From: Octopus bimaculoides
Taxonomy: Eukaryota
DNA: 64,000 nt
Assembly: GCF_001194135.2 (NCBI RefSeq)
Contig: NC_068990.1
Location: 53,252,889-53,316,888, forward strand
Direction: 5' to 3'
This document shows positions 41,481-53,603 of the stretch, piece by piece; within the stretch, counting starts at the first letter, position 1, and each line of letters opens with the position of its first letter. The position numbers and the translations under genes are program-made. The notes beneath the pieces are model-generated. The model was not told where the DNA came from and made no database searches. It saw nothing but the letters and a program-made list of their open reading frames with translations.

Positions 41481-41776
41481 ATATTTCAAATGATCGCTTT
41501 AGATTTAGTTATTACCTAAATACTCTCTTATGTAAATGTTTTGTTGATATAGATCCAGTAGAAACCTATTTAATAAGAAATCACTTAATTAGCTCTTTAA
41601 TTCCTAATTAGGAATTTTCTTTATAGTTCCTATTCAGTTTGTGTGCTCTGGGACACCACCTTGAAAGGTTTAGCCAAACAAATCAACCTCAGTACTTTTT
41701 TTAAAATTTGGTACTTACCATTAAGTTACATGGATGTAAACAAACCAACATGTCAAGCAGTAGTGGGGTTAACCAT

Positions 41777-41813
<37 letters not shown>

Positions 41814-44800
41814 AAATAAACTTCCACACAGTTTCAATCTACTACATTCACTCACAAGGCGTTGGTGAGCCTGGAGCTATAGCGGAAAACACTTGACCTA
41901 GGTGCCATGTTGTGGGACTGAACCTGAAACCATGTGGCTGCAAATTGAGCTTCTTAACCACACCATATTTATTATCCCAAGGCTTGGCAGTCACCACCAA
42001 TGCAATTTCTCTCCTTTACCAACCATCTTTGGGTATTACTTTCTTGATTAAGAGGAATTTGTTGATGGTTAGACATCATCCTAAGAAGTTGGTATGTACA
42101 TCTTTGGAGCTCTGTTTTGACTGAGTTCCCACGCAGGTAATTTCTTTCATTTCTTTAAGTTAAGATCAATTAAAAAAGAAAAATCTCATTCTGTGTGAGT
42201 ATTGCCACATGGAATGGAAAAGGTACAAGAACTCATCTTCAAGACACCTCACATTTATTGTGATAGTTTCAGACAATGCTCTATACTTTGGCTACCAACT
42301 ACTCTCAGAAATATCAATAATTGGTTCCTCAATTACATATTCATCATATAATTCATTTAAACCAATATTTTAATGTTTACAGATGTTGATGGCATCAAAA
42401 AATTATTTAGAAAGTATGATGCTGGTTTAGATAAGTTTCAATGATTTTGTTATGAAAGTTGCTTTCCATAGTTGCCATATCTTTCAGAGGAAACAATGAC
42501 ATTTGTATCAGAGACAAATCAAGGGACAAGTTACTTCAATTTGGAGTTTACAGCAAAGCTCCTCACTGCCAGTCCTTTACTCTTCTCACAAGTTTATAGC
42601 AATAACTATGAATAATGAGAAAGATGAAGACATTTATTAAATAAATGAGAGACATGAGGCAAGGATCTGAATAAAGCGTTTATATACACCTCAGTTTATT
42701 TTATATTTCAGCCATTAGTTTCAGTACTGAAATAATGCTGAATGATTTAGTTTCTTGTAATTCCTTGATGCCTGAGACCAACTGAAGAATGTGACCAAGA
42801 AGGAAGATATAAACTTCTGATGATTAAACAATTTTCTTCCAAAGCACTTCTACAGTGACATGGGGTGTTCCTTTCTCCCCCAGATTCTGGAACTAATCTC
42901 TACAAATTCCCACTACAGAAGTATTCTGCCAGTAGATAACATCTTGTCACATGGTATTACATCATTTACAATAATAAATATTCACAAATTCAGTCTTTTA
43001 ACTATTATCCTCTTGACTGGGTCACTGAAATTGCAGTTTACTTTGAGCCTTTTATTTTCAACATCATATTCCAGTTTTTCTACAGAAAATTTTATTGCAT
43101 TTACTAAATATAGGTTGGGCAATATGTAGAAATAAGATTCTTATGAGTTATTTTTAGCCTTTGATTTCAAACCTTGTATTTTCTTAAGCTACATTCCACA
43201 TAAGATAAGTACTGAGGTGTATATAGACACTTTATTCAGATCCTTGCCTCATGTCTCTCATTTATTTAATTAACACCTTAATCTTTCTCATTATTCGTGG
43301 TTATTGCTATAGAAGTAACATAACATGTGGTGCTTCCTTCTCAAAAATGAAAGGAATTTAAAAATATTGGAAAATACTTTTTTTGCCTCTTTGAAGAACC
43401 AACCATAATTTAATGTCCAGTTTTCCATGGTTGCATGAGTCAGATGGAATTTGATGAAGCCAGATGACTTTCCTCTTGCCAGCCGTCATCTGTAATATAA
43501 CGTAATATAAGTAAGGTAATATTTCCTCTTGGCCAGATATGTTTCCACGGAAGACTAGAAACAAACAGCATCACTTGAATGGTAGTAATGCTCATTTTCA
43601 ACCATCACAAGATGTCAAGACAAGGGTACATGCAAATACACATGCACACAGACACAGACACACAGACAGACAGACACACACACGCATATATATAATGAGA
43701 TTCTTTCAGTTTCTGTCTACCGTAATCCATTCATAAGGCTTTGATGGCTCTGGGCTATTGTAAAAGACACTTGCTAAAGGTGCCATGCTGTGGGACTGAA
43801 CCCAAGGCCACATGGTTTGAAAACTAGCTTCTTGATCGCACAGCCATGCTTGCACCTATATTCTTTGATATATACTCTACATATTTTTTGTACAGAATAT
43901 GGTGTCAGATTAGTTTCGTAAAGAGTTTTTCCTTCTTGCTAAGCTTTTCTCTTTCAATAAATCATAGCATCAACTTTTACTTGGCAATCTGTATGAAAAA
44001 TTATATTTTGCAACCTGCTACACTTTACACAGTTCTGCAACCAAGATTTTGTCATCTTGAGTTGATCAAGCAGGAGAGAGAAACAATAACAATGATGACA
44101 AACTAGTAATATGAGTTCTATCTATACATTCATCTGTGGTAGTAGGTTGTTCAACTTCCCTTTCTGCCAATTTCACTTCACAATAGCACAGTGCTCAAAG
44201 ATATGGAAATTAATATTTTCTATTTTTACCAATAAAACCAAATACTCAGACCCATTTATGGTTTAAATGCACTTTTAGTTTTAGGCATTACTTCTTTAGG
44301 GGTGTGAAGGAGGCATGCTGGCAGAATCATTAGGATGCTAGACAAAATGCTTCGTGACATTTCTTCCAGCTCCTTGCATTCTGAGTTGAAATTCTTCCAA
44401 GGTTGACTTTGCTTTCATCCTTGTCAGAAGTTAATAATAATTGCTAGTTGAGCACTGCAGTTGATATAATCAATTAACCACTTCCCCACCAAAAAATTGC
44501 TGACCTCTTGCCATGACTTTAAAATCCTTATCTGTTTAGGGGTTTGAAAAAGAAAAACAGGAACAAAAGAAAGAAAATCCCACCCTCACCCTCATTCTAC
44601 TGTGACTTTCTTCTCCTGTCGTGACAACATGAGGTGAACACTGACAGCAAACTAGCTGGAAAAAGAAAGCAAAACAAAAACCATTTGTGTTTTAATAAAA
44701 TTTTTATAAAATTATATTTTACCTCANNNNNNNNNNNNNNNNNNNNNNNNNNNNNNNNNNNNNNNNNNNNNNNNNNNNNNNNNNNNNNNNNNNNNNNNNN

Positions 44801-45374
44801 NNNNNNNNNNNNNNNNNNNNNNNNNNNNNNNNNNNNNNNNNNNNNNNNNNNNNNNNNNNNNNNNNNNNNNNNNNNNNNNNNNNNNNNNNNNNNNNNNNNN
44901 NNNNNNNNNNNNNNNNNNNNNNNNNNNNNNNNNNNNNNNNNNNNNNNNNNNNNNNNNNNNNNNNNNNNNNNNNNNNNNNNNNNNNNNNNNNNNNNNNNNN
45001 NNNNNNNNNNNNNNNNNNNNNNNNNNNNNNNNNNNNNNNNNNNNNNNNNNNNNNNNNNNNNNNNNNNNNNNNNNNNNNNNNNNNNNNNNNNNNNNNNNNN
45101 NNNNNNNNNNNNNNNNNNNNNNNNNNNNNNNNNNNNNNNNNNNNNNNNNNNNNNNNNNNNNNNNNNNNNNNNNNNNNNNNNNNNNNNNNNNNNNNNNNNN
45201 NNNNNNNNNNNNNNNNNNNNNNNNNNNNNNNNNNNNNNNNNNNNNNNNNNNNNNNNNNNNNNNNNNNNNNNNNNNNNNNNNNNNNNNNNNNNNNNNNNNN
45301 NNNNNNNNNNNNNNNNNNNNNNNNNNNNNNNNNNNNNNNNNNNNNNNNNNNNNNNNNNNNNNNNNNNNNNNNNN

Positions 45375-46205
45375 ATTTGGCGGACGCCATTTGTTTTCTA
45401 ATGAAACACTTTCAGACTTGGGATACTGGTAGAATGTGTCACATAAAACATCTTTTTCTCTTAGCCTTGTTAAGAAAAGTTTGTATATTCGAAGTTATTT
45501 CATGTTAAAAGTTGTCATATTTCGGTAATTTCCGCCAATCACTGACGTCTATTGAGGTGAAAACAATTACTGCTGTGGCTTGTCAACAACACGTTGTGGC
45601 GGTGTAATGAGATCTTTCACCTTGAATAAAATTACTGTCGTTGTTTGTCAACAACAACTATCGGCGGTACTGATATTTATGACATCATTCGTGCGTTTGT
45701 ACTGATTTTAGCTCTAAGGTTTTTTGGGTTAGGGTTAGGGTTAGGGTTATGAGTATTTTTGCCAAATTTGGTGAAAATCTGATCGATACACCGCCACAAA
45801 TTTTTCACCAAATTTGGCAAAAATACTCATAACTCTAACCCTAATCCTAACCCTAAAACCCTAAAGCTAAAACCAGTACAAACGCACGAACGATGTCATA
45901 AATAACAGTACCGCCGATAGTTGTTGTTGACAAACAACAGCAGTAATTTTATTCAAGGGAAAAGATCCCATTACACCGCCACAATTTGTTGTTGACAAAT
46001 CACAGCAGTAATTGTTTTCACCTCAATAGACGTCAGTGATTGGTTGAAATTACCGAAATACGACAACTTTTAACATGAAATAACTTCGAATATAAAATGT
46101 TTTCTCTGTTCTATAAGACAAAATATACAAGTATACGAAGTTTTAAAGTGTTTCGGTAGAAAACACACTAAGTAAAAACTAATAAAAAAATGGTGTCAGC
46201 CAAAT
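45375..46205. mobile_element. Foldback (long inverted repeat) element with internal TTAGGG hexamers
   Basis: Near-perfect arms 45484-45775 and 45803-46094. Outer similarity extends to ATTTGGCGGACGCCATTT (45375) and AAATGGTGTCAGCCAAAT (46205). (GGGTTA)4 lies at 45726-45749 and an inverted degenerate copy at ~45830-45862. Confidence 0.85.
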
Positions 46206-46255
46206 CAGAAAGATCCAATTTTTCTTCTGTAGAAAAAAATGTTTGCAGTCTGTGG

Positions 46256-47470
46256 TTCATCATCATCACTTAAAGCCCATTTTCCATGCTGGCATAGGTT
46301 GAACGGTTTAACCAGAGCTGGCAAGCTGCACCAGGCTCCAATCTGATTTGGTATGGTTTCTACAGCTGGATGTCCTTCCCAATGCCAACCACTTTACAGA
46401 GTATGCTGGATACTTTTACGTGGCACTTCTCAAGAACTTTACGTGGGACTGGCACAAGTGTTTTTTATGTGGTACTGGCACAAGACTCTGGCAGGTCAAT
46501 CCTCTTCACCAGGGGAAGCAGCCGTAACACTTCTGCTGTGGAGCATAGGTCTACTTGAGTACAACAAGATGCCAGGCATCTCGGTTCTTTGTCATCTCAC
46601 CTGAAAGGTTCAATGTCCTGAAGTCATCCTTCAGGACTTCGTCCCATGTCTTCCTGGATCTCCCTCTTCTTGGATCTACTTTGGGAGATCAGAACTTCTT
46701 TATGGAACTGTCAGTATCCAACTGCATCACATGACCAAACCAGTGCAGTCTTCTCTCTTGCGCACTGCATCTAATTCTTCTTATGCCTAGCTTCTCTCTC
46801 AATACACTGGCACTCTGTTGAACATGGACACTTATATTACACATCCAACAGAGCATACTAGCCTCATTTCTTTCTAATCTTCGCATGTTCTCTGCACTCA
46901 TGGCTCACATCTCACTACCATGTAGAATTGCTGTCCGTATACATGCATCATGCGTGGCTTAATGGCTAGGGTATTCGTCTCACGATCATAAGGTCGTGAG
47001 TTTGATTCCTGGTCATGCGTCGTGTCCTTGAGCAAGACACTTTATTTCACGTTGCTCCAGTTCATTCAGCTTCCAAAAATGAGTCGTACTTGTATTTCAG
47101 AGGGCAAGCCTTGTCACACTCTATGTCACGCTGAATCTCCCTGTAAACTATGCTAAGGGTACACTTGTGCGTTAATTTCATGAGCAGGCTGTTCTGTTGA
47201 TCAGATCAGCTGGAACCCTCATCGTTGTAAGTGACAGAGTGCCAGTTAAACACGCATCATACAATCTTCCTTTCACTCAGAGAGAGAAACCTTTTATAGC
47301 CAACAGAGGTAACAGCTCTCTGAATTTCCTCCATCCTATTCTTATTCTAGGTAATCCTCCGTAATCCTCTCCCACAACTAATCTGGTCCCCTAGGTAACA
47401 GAAATTATTTACTACCTCGAATGGGCCACCGGGGCATCTGAGAGAATCAATTTCCCGAGTTTTCCGAGTA
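46256..47470 (-). mobile_element. 5'-truncated RTE LINE, interrupted by a SINE
   Basis: EVVNNFCYLGDQI, RIRIGWRKFRELLPLL, RRLERNEASMLCWMC, ERRLHWFGHVM and RGRSRKTWDEV, followed by a 3' UTR and a (GAT)n tail near 46259-46268. Confidence 0.85.
46952..47249 (+). mobile_element. tRNA-derived SINE (family C-like) with an 11-bp target site duplication
   Basis: A box TGGCTTAATGG, B-box-like GAGTTTGATTCC and GTGTCCTTGAGCAAGACAC core. TSD ACATGCATCAT (46941-46951) and ACACGCATCAT (47250-47260). Confidence 0.85.
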
Positions 47471-47804
47471 TTTGCAACTCAACACTGAAAAATAACCCTG
47501 AGAAGACTTTTAACCTTTCAACTTAGAAAACAATTAAAAGCAACAAATATATGAAAAAATAAATTGATCAAAAGAAAAAAAAGGAAGTAAAGAAAGAAAA
47601 AAACATGAAAAGTATAAAAGATTAAATTATTAAAAAAATTTTTCACTTCAGAAAAATGTAAGTGAAATCAGATATCAACTACCAAAAGGGCAACCCTAGA
47701 AAAACTTCGAACCAAAGAAAAAGAAAACAAATGTGGGGAATTAAGCAACGAAAGATAGTGGGGAAGAGAGTAACAAGCTGTATGCTCCAGTTCGAATGAT
47801 GTGT

Positions 47805-50450
47805 TCAGTTGCATCTTGCAGACATAATTGCAAAGGTGTTGCTGCAGAGAATGTCCAGTAATACTCACTGTGAAAGCCACCTCAGCTCGTGGGGCTTATT
47901 TCTCAGATGGGCCGCTGTCGTCCCGATTTTGTGGAGGAAATCAGCAGTGCAGGTTCCGAGAACACTTGAAGTCTCGACGGCGACCGGTACAAACAGACAG
48001 CAGCCAGTCAAACTCCGGTATTTGGTTATCTTCCTTTCTTCTGCATTTCAGGCGGCGAAACCCGGGTTTGCGGCCAGTGTAGGAGGCAGAAAACGTTCCA
48101 CAGCACGTCATATCGCAGATTATGGATTAAACTCCCGCAAATGGAGCGCTTACCATCTCCGTGATGAAGACCTACTGGCTCCAGCTGTGACGAGAAGCCA
48201 GCCACATCGAATCCCTTTCTGGAGCTGTCATTCACAGTAGCGTGCCAAGGGAACCAGGAGGCCACCTAACTGAGTCAGGTGCCACTGTTTGATTGCAAAG
48301 CGAAACGTATGTAAGTGATGCAGTGCTGGTCAAAGGAACTCTTACCTGGAAGTATATTTGCACTTACTGTCGTCCCAGTTACTTTGGAACATCTTTATTC
48401 TGAGGAACAATGAAGCCTTCAACCATCCAATTGGCCAGAGCTGATTCCAGTTCCCGGACCACATCGGGTTTAGCCATTGCGTGGAGTACCTCGCAGATAA
48501 GGTTGCTGCTGGAGGAGGCGGAGGAAAGATAGGCGAGCAGCTCAAGGTCCGAAGCGGAACGGAGGCTGAGGCCACCAAATTTCATGGGTAGTTTTGCCTG
48601 TTGCCAGCCTACACTGTCAAAACTAACATTGCAGATCAATTTAGCACAGCGCCGGATGGCGACATTGAATTCGCCAAGGCCATCTGTTAAAGGATGACAT
48701 GGTGCACTGCATAGTGAGAGAAGGAGCTTAGGGAGGGAAATGAAATTCCTCAAGAGGAAGAGCACTGAGTGCGTGTTAATAAGGCGCAATCTCTCCGTCA
48801 TTCTTGTCAGGTCTGCAAGTTTGGTTTCCAGACACTTTCTTATGAATTTCAGTAAGATTTGGGAACCAAGAATGCGGATGGCATCCCTCAGCGTCAGCCG
48901 AGATCTCACCAAAACGTGTTGAATGCTGAGTGCAACACCCTGGAATTCAACATCACCGTAGCTCACATTTATCACCTCCGACTTGGGCGGGTTCTCAAAC
49001 CCAGGTAGCTTTAGAGCTGGGATGACCTGCTGAAGGTCCCCAACTACAGACTTAGTCAAGCCATCCAGGGTCACGTCATCAAGGTACCAGACATTAATGG
49101 GTGAGCAGATTGATCGGGCAACATCATCGACAGCCAATGCAAAAAGGAGCGAACCAAAAGGTTACCCTGCTGGACAACTGTGACAGAAGTGATCTTGTCA
49201 GCAGCTATGAATGTGCTAGGTGTCCTATAGGAAAGGTATGGAAGTGAGTGTAACGAAGGAGCATGCTTTAGACACGTCCCCAAGGCGTGGTTCCACCTAA
49301 TGCTGTGAAAGGCGTATTTATATCCAGCTTCAGTAAGAGGCAAGGTGACGAAGGAAACGTATGCTGTATATTGTGTCTGGCCGCAGGGGCAGTAGCCTCA
49401 CATCCACACTTGACTCCCATCCCGAGATGGAGAGGGCTTTGTGCCTCGCTCAGGTCATCCCTGACTGATCTACATGCAATCCTGGTTGCAAGTCATTGAA
49501 AGACGTTGCCCACTGCTATCGGACGGATTCCTTCTTCAGCTTAGTCAGGCTGACTGAGAAGAGATCTCGGGCATGACGGGGGAGGGCCACACGAAGAAAA
49601 TCGTTTGTCATTGTAGTGATAGATCGGAGCAAATGTGCTCTCGCTTCGGCTGAGTGTATAGCGAGTTTAAATCTCTGAGGTGGTTGGGTAGCAGGCTATC
49701 TACTCCGATACTACTCTCCCCAGGGAAGGATCTCAGGGCGGTGATGATCTCATATCATTACTAGACACGGTCAAGGTCGTGTCCCTATTAAAGATTTGGA
49801 GATATCTAATGTATACGGGAGGGCCCAAATGCTTAAGACAGAGAGTAGTCAGAACATTTAGTATGGGTTTTAGCATTGTGTTGCCTGAGGTCAGCGCGTA
49901 CACCGCGCCAGAAACGTTGCCCTGAGACGATTGACCTGACTCGAAGTCTTTTCGCATTGTGGGAAGAGATCTGCATGCTGGATGTCGGCGCCAGTGGGCA
50001 GCTTGAGAGAAGCAAGAGGCTAGTTGATGAGGGGTAGTTGAAGGAAGTGATGTAGCATCTAAACCTCGAAGCCATGGAAGGAACTGAACCCAAGAACCCA
50101 TCGAGAACCCAAGAACAAGCATCGCAAAACTGAATAATTTGTTCCAGTCGTGAGGGCTGTTGTTAGCAAGTGCCTAGTCTTTAAACAACGTTAGCGTTTC
50201 AGTCACAAAAGCGTGAACAACCTTGGGGATCCTGATTATGATGATTTTCCGCGACTGTTTGAGGCAGGAATTCACCACCAATACTTCGTCTAAATTGAGC
50301 GGTGTCAATTTTCCACCATGCAGCACCTCTGTGTTCGTCTGTAGTGTTGAGAAAGATTAGGCAGCTCGGGCAGTGCCACTGGTGCAGAGATTCTGGGTAC
50401 ATTATTCACTTCTTCAAAATTGTCGTCCCATCGATAGCCGTCGTCTCTAC
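47805..50450 (-). mobile_element. CRE-clade non-LTR retrotransposon (RT plus restriction-like endonuclease), degenerate
   Basis: IRIPKVVHAF...WNKLFSF; GIRPIAVGNVF; VVQQG...LLFALAVDD...INVWYLDDVTL; WQQAKLPMKFGGLSLRSA; LEPVGLHHGDGKR; AEERKITKYRSL...FVPVAVETSSVLG; terminal TGA at 47807-47805. It has multiple stops and frameshifts. Confidence 0.85.
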
Positions 50451-50660
50451 CCTCCTGTACATTCGAAATTCTACATTTTTCAATGATTTAATAATACAGT
50501 CAGCTTTTAGCTCTTTATATGAGTGTATCATCCATTCGCTGTGACTGTGGTGCAGCTCTCACGCAGCTTCCTTTCATTTATGATTTCTCTCCACCAAACA
50601 TTAAATTATTCTATTTGTTTTTCATCATGAAAAATGGTTAATTGATACTAATATCTAATA

Positions 50661-50870
50661 AGGTGGCGAGCTGGCTGAAGTTAGCACGCCGGACAAAATA
50701 CTTAGCAGCGTTTTGTCCGTCTTTACGTTCTGAGTTCAAATTCTGCCGAGGTAGACTTTGCCATTCATTCTTTCGGGGTCTATAAAATAAGTACCAGTTG
50801 AGTATTGGAGTCGATATAATTGACTTATCCCTCCCCTGAAATTGCTGGCCCTGTGCCAAAATTTGAAACC
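50661..50870 (+). mobile_element. Family-A SINE, CpG-retaining copy
   Basis: AAGGTGGCGAGCTGGC...GCACGCCGGAC...GAGTTCAAATTCTGCCGAGG...GTGCCAAAATTTGAAACC. Confidence 0.85.
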
Positions 50871-51124
50871 GATATCGATATCTAATGGCTATGTGAGTGT
50901 TTCTAGGTGATCGAATTTTTTCAATTAGACTACACTGTGATAGAAGCTGGTTCTACGCCCGGTCGAAAAATCCAAACTTCTTTGATCCATTTTAGCATTC
51001 ATCTCCACGCATCCAACCACATAGACGACGATTCTTTTTGGAGAATTTTCTTTTGGCATAGTTTTTCTCTTATAAATAACCATCAGGTTTAACTTAGTAC
51101 TATCAATTGTACAAAAAGGGAACT

Positions 51125-51575
51125 AAGATGAATCTTTTCACCGGAATTGTTTTTTTTTTCTCCTCTTTTGGTTCACAGTTTGATTCCCCAAGCATATCAA
51201 GAGTAACAAGCATTTCATTCGTGTTTCTAATGCACAATAACTTGTAATCTTCCTTCTCTTGATTTCTTGTCACAAACCAATGAAACTGATATCCTCTCGT
51301 ATAGTTCAGCAGGCAACTTTTACGCAATGTTAGATTTCTGGTGAAGCACTAAATCACGTCTTCTCGTGAACTTTGAGCAACGTGCAGCATTTATTCTTAA
51401 AATCTAAAATTCCATCCTTCTTTGCTTCTTTTCGTACATGGATTCGTATAGCTGCACGAGTAACAGATTTTCCACTCAAATGAGTTTCAGGTACCCAGTC
51501 CTCAACATTTCTCTCTTGTAGCACACTTTCTTCATGGCATTTTGATGAAATATCCTTCTGTAATCTCTCTCATGT
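51125..51575 (-). mobile_element. pogo/Tigger-family transposase remnant (CENP-B HTH plus start of the DDE_1 domain)
   Basis: Manual minus-strand translation across frameshifts: DWVPETHLSGKSVTRAAIRIHVRKEAKKDGILDFK, DLVLHQKSNIA*KLPAELYE and FHWFV...DYKLLCIRNTNEMLVTLDMLGESNCEPK...KTIPVK (degenerate GNMDETP..FD motif). Confidence 0.7.
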
Positions 51576-51579
51576 TTCT

Positions 51580-52505
51580 CATTAACGCAATGCATTTCTG
51601 CTTCTTGCAAGGCATTTGGACTTAGCATCAGCCTGGACAAGACTGTTGTAATGTTCCAGCCTGCACCAGGAAATCCATATGTGAAACCAGCTATCTTGGT
51701 TGAAGGAACAATTCTGAAGGTAGTAGACAGGTTTGTCTACCTGGGTAGCCCATTCAGCCGTTCTTGCTCCCTGGATGAAGAAATATCTTTCAGGTTGCAG
51801 AGAGCAACTAATTCCTTCCTTTTTCTTCAGTCTCGTGTCTGGTCCCAGCATGGCATAGCAAGGCAAACAAAAGTTGCTGTGTACCGTGCATGTGTACTGA
51901 CATCGCTCCTCTACTCATGTGAGACATGGACTCTGTACAAACGTCAGGTAAGGGTCCTTGAACGCTTTCATCAGAGATGTCTCAGACACATTCTCAATGT
52001 TGGTTGGACCTCAAAAATTCCAGNNNNNNNNNNNNNNNNNNNNNNNNNNNNNNNNNNNNNNNNNNNNNNNNNNNNNNNNNNNNNNNNNNNNNNNNNNNNN
52101 NNNNNNNNNNNNNNNNNNNNNNNNNNNNNNNNNNNNNNNNNNNNNNNNNNNNNNNNNNNNNNNNNNNNNNNNNNNNNNNNNNNNNNNNNNNNNNNNNNNN
52201 NNNNNNNNNNNNNNNNNNNNNNNNNNNNNNNNNNNNNNNNNNNNNNNNNNNNNNNNNNNNNNNNNNNNNNNNNNNNNNNNNNNNNNNNNNNNNNNNNNNN
52301 NNNNNNNNNNNNNNNNNNNNNNNNNNNNNNTATAGTGAATGGGGAAAGCTTGGTCTGCAATGTTTGCAGTCGTGTATGCTTGTCAAGAGCAGGGCTCATT
52401 AGCCACCAACGGAGCCGCAAATGCAAAATATAAGTTAGTCCTAGAGCGCACAATGTTCCAGAAGGTCTGCAACGGTCTTCCTCGGTCACGAGTGGACGGC
52501 CATCA
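51580..52505 (+). mobile_element. 5'-truncated RTE/BovB-like LINE with (ATGT)n tail (spans an N-gap)
   Basis: FGLSISLDKTVVMFQPAPG, VDRFVYLGS, LLYSCETWTLYKRQVRVLERFHQRCLRHIL and a terminal C2H2 CNVCSRVCLSRAGLISHQR; 3' end GTGGACGGCCATCAT followed by (GTAT)n. Confidence 0.9.
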
Positions 52506-52599
52506 TGTATGTATGTATTTATGTATGTATGTATGTATGTATGTATGTATGTATGTATGTATGTATGTATGTATGTATGTATGTATGTATGTATGCAGA

Positions 52600-53557
52600 T
52601 TTGTATGTTTTGCTTTATGTATGTATTCTCATGTATATAGTTGCATGTCTAGACATGTCATATATATTTCAATGATAAATTTCTGGAAAGTTTTACAGAT
52701 TTTTATAGTTCCAGTGATGGATTGGATCTGTAGTCTTCGAATTAGCTTTCTCGTTTCTGGTTTTGAGAAGCATAATTTCTCAAGATTGGCATTTAGGCAG
52801 TGTGTTACATATCCCAGGGTCCCAATAATTACAGGTATAAACCTGAAATTGTAATCTGGATAGAGTAACTGCAGATTTCTCAATAGTTCAGCATAGGCAG
52901 GGCCGGATTTATAGGGGTGTGGAGGGGGCAATTGCCCCGGGCATCTAGATATTAAGGTGGGGGGGCTGTTAAGAAAGGTAGGTAGCACTCAATACAGGAG
53001 GGCCCTCCCACCTCTCAGCAATCAGGTATCTTGACTTCTTATAAAATGTAATGGATTCTCTTTTATGATAAATGCTCATAGATTTTTCCACTTTAGAGAC
53101 ACCAAATAATTAAATTATTATAGCAGTCCCTCCCAGGGGAATTGTTGCTGCTTTTTGGACGACAGAGAAAAAGGAAACAACAGAACACTCCTGAAACTAT
53201 ATGTATGTATCTGTGAGTGTATGTATGTGTAAGTATAAATGTATATAAATTTTTTTTTTAAATTGATAGAAAAATGTTATTGTCTCTAGGCCAAACTAAG
53301 CCAAATTCTTTCTTTCAACGGATTTCATTATAGAGTGTCTTAGCTACAACATCATATCTCATCGATAGATAATACCGTGATGACATTTTCGGACAACTGC
53401 TCATGATGTGGGTGATATCTTCGGTGTTAATTCCACAAAGTCTGCACCAGTTGTCATATTTTACTGCTTTTCCTGCATCTCTATCTCTTTTGTGCATCAG
53501 GTACTTGGTTGATATTTTCTGTTCCTGGATTACAAACGCATACCCTCAAAGTGGGAG
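52600..53557 (-). mobile_element. 5'-truncated R4-clade RLE LINE (second family) flanked on both sides by (TACA)n, with an internal foreign segment
   Basis: SHFEGYAFVIQEQKISTKYLMHKRDRDAG...WCRLCGINTEDITHIMSSCPKMSSRYYL (53557-53315) and YAELLRNLQLLYPDYNFRFIPVIIGTLG...IKICKTFQKF (52897-52629). Confidence 0.8.
52898..53300. mobile_element. Unclassified insert beginning with a hAT-MITE-like terminus
   Basis: Starts CAGGGCCGGATTT exactly where the R4 reading frame breaks. No matching right TIR was found. Confidence 0.35.
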
Positions 53558-53569
53558 TATGTATGTATG

Positions 53570-53603
<34 letters not shown>

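Noticed and set aside
46952-47020. tRNA-like sequences (also ~29930-29997 and ~60320)
   Set aside because: SINE heads with A/B boxes but no complete cloverleaf, joined to repeat bodies.
47450-47800. Possible telomere-repeat target site for the CRE element (AACCCT-like hexamers in the 3' flank)
   Set aside because: Only isolated single hexamers, with no array at either junction.
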